The notes: generated by a model not told the origin, from the sequence alone. Shown: positions 29,139-43,752, counted from the whole stretch's first letter. The stretch is 62,538 nt of DNA, filler included, from Nemertoderma westbladi (GCA_032718475.1; 3 parts of 3 records of this genome joined end to end with filler, not necessarily neighbours in it), one strand, 5' to 3'. Program-made: numbers and translations.

Positions 29139-30890
29139 CAGACTTAGGGAAAATGGCCAGAGTATAATTATAACAGTTCGCTGATGGCTCGCAGTCTTGG
29201 CTCGTATAACAGATAGGGGTCCCAACTGAAGGTAAAATATTATCATAATTAAAATAAACTCCAAAAAAATAAAAATAAATTTGGGGGAACACACTGTATC
29301 GCATAATATATTTTATAACTAAAATTTATATGACAAGGATGGCTAATCTTTCCGACCTATGCATAATTCAACACATTGGGTCATACAGTATATCACCATT
29401 TCGACATTACAAACTACGCATATAGGTCTGAAATATTAGCCCACAAGGATCTGCTGTTCGCCAGTTAGGATTTCAATTCGGTAGGATCTAAGTTCACCAA
29501 AGCCATTTATTGCAATATATAAATTCGTATTACCGTTACGATTAGGCCTACAGCACCTACCGACAGCAACTTACAGGTACTGTGAGACATACTAATTAGT
29601 AACAGGATTTACATTCAATTTAGAGTGACTTAATGACAATATTAGCTAGTTGAATGCAGTGGTTGTAGAGTAGGGTGCAGTGAAAAAAACTAAATTCGTT
29701 TAATGAACTTCCAAGTTTTACCAGATGTGAGGTTATAAGTCTAATGTAAGAAAACGAAAAATTGGCATCCTATGATAATGGGTACCCATGACCCCATCGA
29801 TATTTATATTTTAGCATTTCCGCAAGTTCTAGTGGAATTGAAAAATGCACATTTTATAGAGTTGTGGTACTTCTAGTGGGTGTAACAGTCTTATTTTGGG
29901 CTTATGATGGTGGTAGATATCATCTCCAATCAATTTGATATTATACTTATTTAGATAAATGGGTTTAAAGCTATTTCATACTGTCATATGTAGTCATGCT
30001 TGCTAATCCTTAGTCGTTAAACCATAGTTGTATATGCTTAAAACTTGTGAATAATAAATTGTGAATAAACTTTCTTAATCCTTAAAGCTTAGTACTTATT
30101 CCATAAATCCAGGAAATTGTGAATAAACTTTCTTAGTCATTAGTCCTTACTTAAATCTCTTAGTTCTATTAGTCCTTAAACTCGATTGTAATAGACTTTA
30201 GTTTTGGCCCCACCCCTTGATTTGTTGACCTACTTCCCTACAGTACGAAAGAGTACAACTGCAGTAGTGCATCAGTTTGCATTTTGAACCAATACAACAC
30301 TAGGCTGCTAGGGCTATATTGCCATTTCAATATGTAGATTAGATTAGATATTTATTGGCAAGAACACAAAATATATGAAGGTACCATTACATTGTCTGGT
30401 TAATATACACTGTCCACCGCATTGATCTATCTTAAATTAACATACATACAATACATTATAGTATTAGAATAGTACAGCCAAATTAGAATAAATAACTTTA
30501 TGACATATATAGATATAAATATATACAATTTCAAATGGATATCAAGATTTTAAATAGATTGTCTACATGTACTACACTATATACGCGATATTTACAGATA
30601 GGTATGAAATATATACAAACAGATAGGTATGAAATATATACAAACAGAGCGTTACAGTAATATTAATCGTTTCAAGAACAATAAGCAAAGCAATGTTGGG
30701 CGGGCCACGAAGTTTGGCGAGCCACGAAGTTCGGCGAGCCACTGAACAATTTGCAATTCACTGCCGAATGGTTCAATAATTAACGTTATACAGACATTAC
30801 AGTACGATACATTGATTAGAATAAATAAATAAATAACTAAATATACATGGATACAACTAGATAAATAAATATGAGAACCTTATTGGCTTA

Positions 30891-31620
30891 TTAGCCAATA
30901 TGGCCTTCGAGCACACATAGTGCGCGGTGTACTAAGCCTATTGTGTGAGGGTTTTGCAAGTCATTGAGAGACGTTATGCGGAATGGGTGAAGGGAATCCC
31001 GATCGTTCTTTAGAAGAGGACAATCTTTCAGAATGTGTAGCTCGGTCTGGGTATCCCCGCAAGCACAAATTCGCAAGTTTCGGTCGGTACGGCTCCATCG
31101 TCCACGCTCTACGGCCAGGTTTGTAGACGTCAAGCGAAAGCGGGACCAGCTGATTCTAAATTTCTCATCTACAATGGACCCTGAGCTGTAGACTGACGGT
31201 TTGTCTAGGTTCGGGTTCACCTCACGATATATTGACATTCGCGTGGAAGTTGCGCTTGCGATGTGGTTTTTATAGTCGTGTAGGATTCCGGTATAGGATT
31301 CCGGTCGTCTGCAACGATCTTGTCTATCGTCTTGGCCATTCTAGTCCCGGACTGCCTGCACATATCAAGCACCATAATTAGAGGTTCATGTAAATCTGGT
31401 TTAGCTAGAATTCCTTTCATGAATTTTCGCTGTTTGTGCTCGACTAAAGATTTCGGATCTGGTTCGCCAGTTTCAGTGAATAGTGTTTCACGCACTGTGT
31501 TCGGACGAACCCCTATTGTACTGAACAACATCTTGCAATATTTTGAGTATATCTTAATAGGCTGACTCCCAAGCCAGGTTTCGCAGCTGTAAAACAAACT
31601 GGAAATTATTGGAACTAATT
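30891..31620 (-). mobile_element. Non-LTR retrotransposon ORF2 C-terminus (RTEX-like), frameshifted
   Basis: LFYSCETW, ETGE, then RFRLTSTNLAVERGRW...RICACG..QTELH.L..C Cys/His motif. Confidence 0.8.
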
Positions 31621-31894
31621 CATTCACGTTTAACATTAACAGCCACGTTTCATCACCCCCCCCTCCCCCCCCCCCCCCCCCCCCTCCCCTTCCAATGTGA
31701 CAAACTATCACGATATGTTGGCGTTGGGCCCCGTCCCTACGTCCACCCTCCCTTGTGAAGGGCTAGGGGGGACTTTCGACCCATCACCCATCATTACTAA
31801 AGGGTAGTGATAATATTCAAAATAAGTTTTCCCATGTATACGTAATTTTATTCTTAAATAGGTACTTGTTTGTTCCTAAATTCTGCCTAAATGC

Positions 31895-32145
31895 CGCCTT
31901 ACTCAATGTTAAATAATTTATTGTTCTCGAATATTTATTTCGTAACTCGGGAACCGCTTAACTACAAACCAATATTGGATATGGAGTTCCGTTTCGAAGT
32001 TCGCCTTGCAGAGACTAAAGTTGCAATAACTTTTGAGTGTGTGAATGTAATTTACTCAAATAGGGTAGGTGCGCGAAAAAATAGTTGGGCTAGAAGTATT
32101 ACGTGCAAACCTTTTCATTTCGATGCTCTTTCAACACAACTAATA
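31895..32145 (+). repeat. Dispersed repeat, copy of 4990-5197 with a short internal insertion
   Basis: Nucleotide similarity to the reverse complement of 4990-5197. Confidence 0.7.
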
Positions 32146-32574
32146 AAATTAACCAAAAATATTTTTTTCACTCATTGTAATTATATTTACTGTTTGCTTA
32201 ATCTGTTTGTGTTTATATCTGTTTATGTGCAGTATTTAGTGCCCTACGTCAAAGAAACTAATATATTTATAGCATTATTTACATTTCTAATTAAATTAAG
32301 GAATTAAAAACGTGTTGGTGTTATTATATTCATTTATCGGAATTTATATTATAGGAATTTATTATTCGTTTATGCATTCTAGTTAATTAATTGATATAAT
32401 TAACGACATAATTATGTAAATAAAAATTGTTAAATGAAACAAATCTTTGTTTCGGTTTATAATTGACAATAGCACACCCTCACAATCACTTCAAATTGAG
32501 AGTTAAAGTGATTGACATTTTGTTAATGAACTACGCTTTTGTAAGGCATTGGCAAATTCCAACAAATTCCGATG

Positions 32575-32735
32575 GCGTCAAACATCTTCAGACAACTTCA
32601 AACAGTTTCAGACAATTTCAAACAGCTTCAGACAACTTCAAACAACTTCAGATAGCTTCCAACAACATCCAACAGAAATTTCAAACACTTTCAGACGGAT
32701 TTCAGACAGATTCAGATGGGCTCCAACAGACTAAA
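32575..32735. repeat. Degenerate 10/20-bp repeat (TTCARACARY) upstream of the transposase relic
   Basis: Direct reading; possibly subterminal repeats of the transposon. Confidence 0.7.
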
Positions 32736-32879
32736 CTTGTTGGAAATATTTTCTCCAACAGAATCAAACAGTACTAAATCTCCGTAGGTTAGCATTGTGC
32801 TTGTTTGAAGCTGTCGGAGTGTGTTGGATCCGATCGGATCCGATGGCACTCTGTTGGTGAGCGGGACTGTATATATTAT

Positions 32880-34500
32880 AACAACCAGGAGCCGAAATGA
32901 ACGATTTTATGGTCTGCCAGCTCAACTTCCACCATCACAACTGCCAACGACAGTTGACATTCTTCGATTCTGTCAGGAAGTGAAGAATCAGCACAGGCAA
33001 CAGCCAGATTGGGATGGACAGGAATTGGTACTACGGAAGATGGCAGAGATTGTTGCCACAGAAACTTTGAAAATCTATCAAAATGCTGCTGTAGCAGCAT
33101 TTACGTTTGAAGGTGTTGTGAAGAAGATTTTACATGAATGTCAACTGGTGCGATCTAAGCTTGAAACAGTTCAACCTAGTTGACGATCATCTCCATTCTT
33201 CATTGAGTGATTGGCTGAGTTTCATAAGAGATTTAATACCCTGTTCGATATAATTTCAAGTGATGTTGCAAAGGCATAGCTGAAATTTGTCCAAGATCAG
33301 AGAGGACTGCGCCAAATGCAAATTGGTGGCATAGATGACAAAGCTGTACTTACTGCTAAGAAGGCTAGTGAAAGAAAACAACGTTTGAAGGGACAGAAAG
33401 AGCATGAGCTAATGCGACTGACAAATGAACAGGTTGATAATAGTGGAGATTTTGGGAATGATGATCTCAAGCGGATTGTTCTTGCAAAGTCAGCACCTGA
33501 TGCAACTGTAGAAATCCCCAGCACTTACCAAAAATCAAGTAATCAAAATCGAATGAAACTTATGACAGTTTGTCGAGAAGCAGATCGTGCAGGGATCTCT
33601 GACTGAGTAGCTGCTGCAATAGCCACCGCCACACTTCAGGATGCTTGTTCCAGCTTCGATTCAAGAAAAGTCATAGATCCAGCAAAGATCCGCAGGGGTA
33701 GAAAACGAAGACGTTTGGAATTTCAACAAGATGTTGAGGAGGACAAATTCCCTGTTGCTGTTTATTTTGATGGAAGGAAGGATTCCACATTGAAGAAGGA
33801 TCCAGCTACTGACCATGTCAAAATGCTAGTTGAGGAACACTATGTCATAGTAGAAAAGCATGGTGGGAAGTATTTGGGACACGTTGCTCCACAATCAGGC
33901 ACTTCCATTAGCATCAAAGATGCAATGGTTGACTTCTTTGACCGTGAAAACATTCTTCTTACTTATCTTCGTATAATTGGCAGTGATGGGACAAACGTCA
34001 ATACTGGAAGATCGGGTGGTATCATTCGGCTATTAGAGATGCAAATTATGCGTCCACTTCAATGGGTAATATGTTTGCTCCATGTCAATGAGCTGCCTCT
34101 CCAGCATCACTTCATTAAACTTGATGGTCCAACAACTGGTCCAACAACTGGTCCAAAGGCTTTTAAAGGCCCAATTGGGAAACAAATTAACAATAACGCT
34201 TTACCCTCGCTTGCTTCATTACCAGTCATCCCTTACTGTTCATTTGAATCACCAAGTTTTATGCATCTTGACAATAATGTTATTTGTACTCTCAGTACTG
34301 ATCAGAAATAATATCTGTATCAGATCACATTAGCAATTATTGATGGGAATTGTCCCGATCATCTGGCAAAGTGTGATCCTGGAAAAATGGCACATTCTAG
34401 ATGGGTTACTACAGCAAATAGAATTTGCCGCCTCTACATCAGTACACAGAAACCAACAAATGCCCTTGAAATTTTAGTTAAATTAAGTTTTATTGTAACT
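32880..34500 (+). pseudogene. Decayed DDE transposase with CxxH motif (hAT/hATm-like)
   Basis: VYFDGRKD, EEHY, GSDGTNVNTG..GG, RPLQWVICLLHVNELP, LDGPTTGP..F.GPIG, later HSRWVTTANR; several in-frame stops. Subgroup assignment is from memory. Confidence 0.8.
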
Positions 34501-34513
34501 GGAAACAGAGAAA

Positions 34514-34760
34514 ATGGAAATTCGCAAAGAGAATCATGACATCCGCCAGAAGAATAAAACATTAGAAGCTTCATTTGACGAGTTATCTCAGTACCGGGGA
34601 TGCAACAACATTCTTGTTCATAACCTACCCGAACCCAGTAATGCTGAAAGAGGAAGGGACAGTCTCGTCACCAAGGATTTGTCTCCCTTGGGATTGTCTT
34701 TAAGTGACATCAATGTTTACCACCACCTGGGTAAACGCCACAGTAGTACAATGATGCGAA
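34514..34760 (+). mobile_element. LINE ORF1-like fragment (CR1/L2 type)
   Basis: Coiled-coil-like stretch, then QYRGCNNILVHNLPE and DI..YHHLG. Confidence 0.5.
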
Positions 34761-35721
34761 TAAACTGCGTACACTTATTTTCCACTTCTTTGGTCATGAA
34801 ATACCCAATTGGATTGTCCACAATCCCTGGTAAAGTCGCCATCGAGTTGCATCGGAAGTTTGCTCGACTACTAGGAAACCCCCAGTTCCGAAATCCTGAG
34901 AGAGGAGCAGCCGCTGTCTACTCCTTCAACTTAAACATACCTATACCATAGTTAACATCCGATTCCTATCAATTCCTATTATTAATCGAACTAATGGAAA
35001 GTAATAGTATAAACAGTAAAATTTAAATAGGCTGTGTAAACTGGATTTATAGGCAAATTTGCAGATAAATTTTAAGTACCAGCATTGTATTTAGCTGGGA
35101 AAAATCATTAACTCATTCTGCTTTCCGTAAACAAATCATCCATTGGTGTTATGCTAGTTCAATTACATAGCAATCAATTAAGATCCACAAACTAACATAA
35201 TAAATCATTTAAGGGAAAAAAATTACTTATCATTGTATTTTATTTTCCTTTACAACACTGCTCGGATTAGTTCACAATTCACCATTTCGAAGGTACTAAC
35301 TACTCTTGGTAGTCATTACACCTCTGTTCGATTGGCAAGGTCTGTATTCTTTTATCTGCCACTATATTAAAAATTACAATTTCTATAAAATAAAAAGAGA
35401 TTAAATTAATTTAAAAGCACAATCACATTAAAAAATACATTTCTCGTTTGGGCAGAGTGTAATCATATTGTTTATCATTTTGTTTATCACATACATACAC
35501 TTGCCCATTCACTTAGACGGGAGTTCTTTTTATGTTACCTCTGTCGATTAAAATTTCATAGACATTATTGCACCTTTCTGGAGCCATCAGATTATGCTAA
35601 TTTGATCTAAAGAGATGTGAATCATAGGTGTAACTTTTGTTAATTAAATTTGTTTGTTATTTGATATTTGTTTGTTTAATACTGTTCGCAATAATGATAT
35701 GGATATATATTTGGCTGTGAA

Positions 35722-36305
35722 ATGGAAGATTTCATGAGTCTGGATTCTGACCCTACTGATAATGTGTTTAATTCCATAAACCCGGATGGTAATTTCGTTT
35801 CAAATATTATTCCAGATGAATATTTTAATGAATTTAAATTTGGCCAAAAATTTGATGCCTGTCATAATGGCTTTTCAGTGCTTAATCTCAATTATTATTA
35901 TTATTATTAAAATGGATTTACACGATAACGTGACGGGGTCGCCCCCTAGTGAGATTACAATGCACAACTTTATCTAAAATATCTTACGGTATTAAATTTA
36001 TAAAGCAGTTTATATTGTACAATATAACGCATGTCTAGAATCGATTATTTATGCTCATTAAAATTGTAGGCGTATTACGTCAAATTTTTCTGCTATCACT
36101 GATTTTTAAACTCTTTGTCAACGAAATTTGACATTTAAACTTTTTTGGAAACTTTTTTGACAAAAGGTCATGACTTTGCTGCTATTTGCAATGAAGGTTG
36201 CAATAAACCAATTTGTGACTTTAAAGCGCATGGGAAGCTCAATAAAGGCGGTACTGCCATCTACATACATAATGAACTCGAAAGCACCAATAGACCAGAC
36301 CTACG
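35722..36305 (+). mobile_element. CR1-like ORF2 N-terminal AP-endonuclease fragments, interrupted
   Basis: INPD.NF...FSVLNLN and GGTAIYIHNELESTNRPDL motifs. Confidence 0.55.
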
Positions 36306-37590
36306 ATGTTGTTAACCAATTTAATTAGCCTGACGCCAACTGTAATAGGAAGGATATCAATCGGTCACATTTACAAGTGGGTGTAATGATAAGCATTCCT
36401 ACGCAAACTAATTTTATGCACTGAGAGAAGATATACAGTATGTAATGTGGACAACGACATAAATGAACAAAAAAAGTTAACAATTAACAATATAGTCAAG
36501 GTTACTTATTTCACAACAATATTAACAATTCAATATCACACTTTTAAGGAGGTAACAACTAGTTAAAAAAACGGACAAAATGACTTTGCGGGATCCGCTA
36601 TAATTCGGCTAATATTAATCGTACGGGGACGAAAGTAACGCGGTTGGAAAGGGGATGAGTGGTACTACCTTCGTATCGAATGGGGGTAAGATATTTATTA
36701 AAATTTCGGGTGGAAAAAGGGGCTGTAAATTTGTACGTTTTTGTCCGTCTTTTTTGGAAAACTTATTTCCGAAATGTTTAAATCGACAACGCGGGTAGGA
36801 ATGCACTAATTATTTTATGAAATTCGTAGAAGACCATTGGGGCTACGTTCCTATCGAATGGGGGTACAAAAAATATGTCGGCAATGGGGGCCAAAAAGGG
36901 CCAGAATTTGTAAAGTAGTTTTTATCGAATAATTTTTTATTTTTAACTTTAGTTGGTTAAGGTACATTCTATACAGTCAATATCCATACGGGGAATTCAA
37001 ATATGCTATCGGTTTTGCTCCAAGGATGATATTAAAAAAATGAGGGCCAAAATTATAATTTCGCGCTTCAAACTTGCTTCGCGGGAAATCGTCTAGCTCG
37101 AAAACTACTTAACTTACGGGAGATTTGTTTACACAGACTTATAGTGCGTTAAATTATCTATCTAACAGCGTTAATCACAGCGCCGGAGGTATTACAGTAT
37201 AAAACTGGAGCGGCAGGCGATCGTGTGAAATATAATATTTATAAAAAGGGACGAAAAATTTTTTTTTTAAACAAATCGCTATTCCATTATAATTTAGCGT
37301 ATTGCGCCAAAAGTACCTGTAAAAAGTATCAAATTAACTCCGCTATCTTTTATCTTAACATATATAATTAAAATTACGAATTTTAAGGGTCGAAAAATAT
37401 CGCGTTATTTTGGCCCTTTTTTTTTTAATTTTTTTGGGGCCAAAAATAACCCCTTCTCAAAAGATTAAGAAAAAAATTACGGCAAAGAATATACCAATTT
37501 TATTGAATTTGGACCACCAGAACCGAAGTTAGAGCGATTTTAGTGAAAAAATAAAAATATTTTTTTTTGCAAAAAAATTAAGAATGGTCA

Positions 37591-37663
37591 GGTCAATATT
37601 GGATTTCGAACCCGCAAACTTAGGTTTCATTAACGTGATTGATAACCACTAGACTATGTGACC
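37591..37663 (-). pseudogene. Degenerate tRNA-like sequence in a repeat-like region
   Basis: GGTCA..TAGTCTAGTGG...GGGTTCGAA...TGACC, 73 nt; anticodon and T stems do not pair well. Confidence 0.45.
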
Positions 37664-39129
37664 AAGAGAATTTAAAATTTTCGAGTGACTATATTTAAAC
37701 ATCAATAACTTCGGTTCTGCTGGGCCGTTTGATCTGAAACTTTTTTCATTGGATAGAGGATAGATTGTAGTGCGTGAAATAGGATAAAACTTGGGAAAAG
37801 ACTTATGTGCACTTAGTGCAAAATGCACTTAAATAGTGAACATTTTTTCGATATTTCAAACACTGTTATTTCCAGTTCTATTCATCGTAGAATGTTATTT
37901 TTTGGATTAAAATGTAGTTTGGAATGATTTCTAACTATAATCGTAACATTTGTTTAACTTTTTATGTCTATAAAGTGACTTAAAAATGTCCATGAATATG
38001 GTCCAAAATCGCAAATCCAGATTTATTAAATTGGATTTTTGACACTTTTAGCGACTGACACTTGATCATACACCATCGTAGATCGGTAGAGGATAAACAT
38101 AAGTTTGTTAAATAAGAGCCACCATTACGATCTGCTAAAGTGCATTTGTACAAATAAGTGTGCAAAAGTGCAAATTTTTTACTAAGGTCAAATTATATAG
38201 TATTGGGTTCTTTTCTTTGCAGATACTTTATTTTCATATTAATATGTTGTTTGAACCTTACTGAGCGCATTAGGGGATATGCGTACAAATAACCGGCCCT
38301 TATGTGGCTTCGATTGGGTAAATTAATAAAACATAAGGTTGTATAGTATAATATTCTAAAAACCAGTGTGATATTAAATGCACTTTAAATAATAAATAGA
38401 AATCAAATAACAATTGGACCACACAATTAAAAACTCGCACAATTTTGTACTTATTATATCGCTTCAAATTAATTCAACAGTGGATATTTGGGGGAAGGGG
38501 GAAGTTACAGTGTGCATTCGGGGGAAGTTTGGTGAACTGCATTTATGCAGTGAATCCAAACTTCCCCCTTTGATATATCATATACTTAAGACATGCTAGG
38601 GTGACGGGAAATATTTGTTACTGTCACACTTTGCTTCCATTTATCCTATCCTTTATTATTACCCCAGTCAGATAAGAGATAATAAATCAGTAAAAACTAA
38701 ACTAAACCATGCTTTCATTTCTAACTAAAGACGGGTGAATGACCATGACCATGGAAATAATTTTAAATATAATTGTATATCAACTATTTGGGGAGGCTTC
38801 CAAGTTAAACCAGAAAACAATTATTTTGTTACATAGTAAATAACGTTGTATGTTCTTCTTCCTCTCATAATAAAATATAAATGAAATATCTCAGATCGCT
38901 ATGCCCTGTAACATTTCACAACCAAAATATTTAAGTGTGAAAAGTGTAGGCCTACCACACTCCGCCCAAACAACCGCAAACGCATAGCCAACAAATTTAA
39001 CAAAAGGTTACATACATGTTGGGTTCATGACGAGATGAGTGAAAATTGATCGCGTAATATAAAGTAAAAAATTAAGAGACGGGCTGGCTCTCCTCCACTT
39101 TCTTACCCAATGGATATGTTGTTGTAATA

Positions 39130-42100
39130 ATCTAATATTGGGGCGGCTTTCTCTCGTTACAAATTATTAAAAATATGTTTTATTAATTACGAAACAAAAG
39201 TATATATTTTGATTTTTTATTTATAAGATCTGTAGGCAACGAATTCCAGATGGTGGGACCCCGAAAACTCATTAATCTTTGGGAAGAACTTAGATGGAAC
39301 AGAGAGGAGGTATGGTAAAGTTATTATTTGTTACAGAACGTGTTTGGTAATGGTGGACTGTTGATCGTTTTTTAAATAATTGGCCTAAGATGGATCGTGG
39401 AATTATAGTTTTTGTGTGGACGTCGTACATGAAAGTGGCAACATAATAGTAATAATGCGTAATTAATTTATGGGTTTATTAATGAAAAATATAACTGTCT
39501 TTAGTATACAGTATTAAGGGGAGATATATGTCGCAGTTTTTAGAATACACCTGTAGATTTTGCGATTTTTGTAAGTGTGTAGTTTATGTGAGTTTTCCAA
39601 TCAAGTTTTGAGTCGATCCATGCGCCAAGTATTTTTGTACATAAAGTTGTAAGTGATTGGTTAAGTAAGTCGATAGTAATAATGTCTGGCTGGATAGGTC
39701 GTTGGGATAGTTTTAATAAACATTGTAAATTCCGTTTTTTAAAGTTCAGTAGTAGCTTGTTGTCGTTTAACCAGTCAAATAGATTTGCTAATTCTGTATT
39801 TTTATTAATTATTAGTTGATTATCATTTCTATGTGAATTTAATAGTGTGGTATCATCTGCAAAAAGAGTGGATAATTGAGAAGCGACTTTCGGTAAGTCA
39901 TTGATAAATATTAAGAATAACAGTGGAGAGAGAACTGAACCATGAGGTACTCCTCAGTGAGAGAAGTGAACCTTGATGTACTCCTCAGTGAGAGAACTGA
40001 ACCTTGAGGTACTCCTCAGTGAGAGAACTGAACCTTGAGGTACTCCTCAATGAGAGAACTGAACCTTGAGGTACTCCTCAGTGAGAGAACTGAACCTTGA
40101 GGTACTCCTCAGTGAGAGAACTGCACCTTGAGGTACTCCTCAGTGAGAGAACTGAACCTTGATGTACACCTCAGTGAGAGAACTTAACCTTGAGGTACTC
40201 CTCAGAGAGAGAACTGAACCTTGAGGTACTCCTCAGTGAGAGAACTGAACCTTGAGGTACTCCTCAGTGAGAGAACTGAACCTTGAGGTACTCCTCAGTG
40301 AGAGAACTGAACCTTGAGGTACTCCTCAGTGAGAGAACTGCACCTTGAGGTACTCCTCAGTGAGAGAACTGAACCTTGATGTACACCTCAGTGAGAGAAC
40401 TTAACCTTGAGGTACTCCTCAGTGAGAGAACTGAACCTTGATGTACACCTCAGTGAGAGAACTTAACCTTGAGGTACTCCTCAGTGAGAGAACTGAACCT
40501 TGAGGTACTCCTCAGTGAGAGAACTGAACCTTGATGTACACCTCAGTGAGAGAACTTAACCTTGAGGTACTCCTCAGTGAGAGAACTGAACCTTGAGGTA
40601 CTCCTCAGTGAGAGAACTGAACTTGAGGTACTCCTCAGTGAGAGAACTGCACCTTGAGGTACTCCTCAGTGAGAGAACTGAACCTTGATGTACACCTCAG
40701 TGAGAGAACTTAACCTTGAGGTACTCCTCAGTGAGAGAACTGAACCTTGAGGTACTCCTCAGTGAGAGAACTGAACCATGAGGTACTCCTCAGTGAGACA
40801 ACTGAACCTTGAGGTATTCCTCAGTGAGAGAACTGAACCTTGAGGTACTCCTCAGTGAGAGAACTGAAACTTGAGGTACTCCTCAGTGAGAGAACTGAAC
40901 CTTGAGGTACTCCTCAGTGAGAGAACTGAACCTTGAGGTACTCCTCAGTGAGAGAACTGAACCTTGAGGTACTCCTCAGTGAGAGAACTGAACCTTGAGG
41001 TACTCCTCAGTGAGAGAACTGAACCTTGAGGTACTCCTCAGTGAGAGAACTGAACCTTGAGGTACTCCTCAGTGAGAGAACTGAACCTTGAGGTACTCCT
41101 CAGTGAGAGAACTGAACCTTGAGGTACTCCTCAATGAGAGAACTGAACCTTGAGGTACTCTTCAGTGAGAGAAATGAACCTTGAGGTACTCCTCAGTGAG
41201 AGAACTGAACCTTGAGGTACTCCTCAGTGAGACAACTGAACCTTGAGGTACTCCTCAGTGAGAGAACTGAACCTTGAGGTACTCCTCAGTGAGAGAACTG
41301 AAACTTGAGGTACTCCTCAGTGAGAGAACTGAACCTTGAGGTACTCCTCAGTGAGAGAACTGAACCTTGAGGTACTCCTCAGTGAGAGAACTGAAGCTTG
41401 AGGTACTCCTCAGTGAGAGAACTGAACCTTGAGGTACTCCTCAGTGAGAGAACTGCACCTTGAGGTACTCCTCAGTGAGAGAACTGAACCTTGAGGTACT
41501 CCTCAGTGAGAGAACTGAAGCTTGAGGTACTCCTCAGTGAGAGAACTGAACCTTGAGGTACTCCTCAGTGAGAGAACTGAACCTTGAGGTACTCCTCAGT
41601 GAGAGAACTGAACCTTGAGGTACTCCTCAGTGAGAGAACTGAACCTTGAGGTACTCCTCAGTGAGAGAACTGAACCTTGAGGTACACATCAGTGAGAGAA
41701 CTGAACCTTGAGGTACTCCTCGGTGAGAGAACTGAACCTTGAGGTACTCCTCAGTGAGAGAACTGAACCTTGAGGTACTCCTCAGTGAGAGAACTGAACC
41801 TTGAGGTACTCCTCAGTGAGAGAACTGAACTTGAGGTACTCCTCAGTGAGAGAACTGAACCTTGAGGTACTCCTCAGTGAGAGAGCTGAACCTTGAGGTA
41901 CTCCTCAGTGAGAGAACTGAACCTTGAGGTACTCCCCAGTGAGAGAACTGAACCATGAGGTATTCCTCAGTGAGAGAACTGAACCTTGATGTACTCCTCA
42001 GTGAGAGAACTGAACCTTGAGGTACTCCTCAGTGAGAGAACTGAACCTTGAGGTACTCCTCAGTGAGAGAACTGAACCTTGAGGTACTCCTCGGTGAGAG

Positions 42101-42873
42101 AACTGAACCTTGAGGTACTCCTCAGTGAAAGAACTGAACCTTGAGGTACTCCTCAGTGAGAGAACTGAACCTTGAGGTACTCCTCAGTGAGAGAACTGAA
42201 CCATGAGGTATTCCTCAGTGAGAGAACTGAACCTTGATGTACTCCTCAGTGAGAGAACTGAACCTTGAGGTACTCCTCAGTGAGAGAACTGAACCTTGAG
42301 GTACTCCTCAGTGTGAGAACTGAACCTTGAGGTACTCCTCGGTGAGAGAACTGAACCTTGAGGTACTCCTCAGTGAAAGAACTGAACCATTAGGTACTCC
42401 TCAGATTATTGGTAGTAGTGACGATGTTACTTCACAGATCGAAACAAATTGGTAGCGATCTGACAGAAAACTTGAAATTAATTGGAGTGGAAGACCTCTG
42501 ATACCATAACATTCGAGTTTATTCTGTAATATTTTATGATCTATGGCATCAAAGGCTTTTTTCAGGTCTATGTAAATTGCACAAGCATTATTGTTGGAGT
42601 CTAACATTGTTCAGTAATAGAGAGTACTGCATGCGTGGTTGAAGTTTTTGGTCGGAATCCATCTTGAGAAGTAGTAATAATTGTGTATTTATCTAAATAC
42701 GTTTGTAGTTGTGATTCGATAATGTGTTCTAGAATTTTGCTTAGTATAGGTGGGAGTGATATGGTTCGGTAGTTGTTGGAGTCAGATGGATTTTCGGATT
42801 TGTATACAGGTATTGTTTTGGCTATTTTAAGGGAATTGGGGAAGAAACCATTGAAGATCGATAAGTTAAATAG
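39130..42873 (-). mobile_element. CR1-like LINE RT and 3' region, split by a satellite made from its own RT motif
   Basis: NYRTISLPPILSKILE, IDLKKAFDAIDH..L..KLE.YGIRG, SFLSDRYQFV, GVP(Q/H)GSVLSPLLFLIFINDL, LFADDT, GPTIWNSLP. Confidence 0.92.
39928..42403. repeat. 31-bp satellite (CAGTGAGAGAACTGAACCTTGAGGTACTCCT), ~80 units
   Basis: Direct reading; minus strand of the unit encodes GVPQGSVLS. Confidence 0.98.
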
Positions 42874-42973
42874 NNNNNNNNNNNNNNNNNNNNNNNNNNN
42901 NNNNNNNNNNNNNNNNNTTAATTAATTAANNNNNNNNNNNNNNNNNNNNNNNNNNNNNNNNNNNNNNNNNNNN
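42874..42973. other. Assembly spacer N44-TTAATTAATTAA-N44
   Basis: Same as 28296-28395. Confidence 0.98.
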
Positions 42974-43752
42974 TATATACTACAGGGTGTATATATAGTA
43001 TCCGGATAGTGTTCGGGTCACTTTTAGTGAAAATTACCCAAAAAAAGGAATTCTGAATTTTTGTTATGTTGTTGTTATTACCAACTAAGTTATAACTCCA
43101 CCGGTATACCTAAGAGTGTAAATAACGCAACTATCTCATGGAGGTTGGTATGTCAATAGGCAAAAAAATTTTATTCAAAAATTATAATTTATTTGCAATC
43201 CTATTACCATGGTGATTGATGGTTATAATTATTATTTTGTAGTTACTGTATAATCACCTTTCCACAAATAGCGTTTATAGCATTACTGGCATGAACAACA
43301 ACTGTAGTTGGTATAATGCAGGTTTATTTGTCTACACAAATACATTTGGTACAAAAAATAAAGTTTAAAAATTAAATCTGAAACCTTTATTTAATGTTTT
43401 GGTTATGCTAGATTATCTGATTTGGTGTGGCACCTCACGTACACCCAAGGTTGATTTGTTAAACTTTTATTTACTATTAAGCCGTTGAGAAAACAATTTA
43501 TTGAACGGAGGTCATTATAATACTGACAATTAACAATAATAATGGTATATTAATTGAAATGCACATGAATTTAGCATAATTAGATGCGACCCGAGCGACT
43601 CAGAAATTCACTACTACAGTTTCTGACTAAATTTAAATAAGTTTGTTAAACAGTGGTCCTATATATTTCTTATTATGTAAGACTTAAAAAATATATATAA
43701 ATTAATAAAATAACAAGGTAAATAGTAGTTGAGTTTACATTGTTCGCGTGTT

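Noticed and set aside
29671-29830. TAGGGTG... as left end of the hAT-like transposon
   Set aside because: Resembles such termini from memory, but no matching right TIR or TSD was found.
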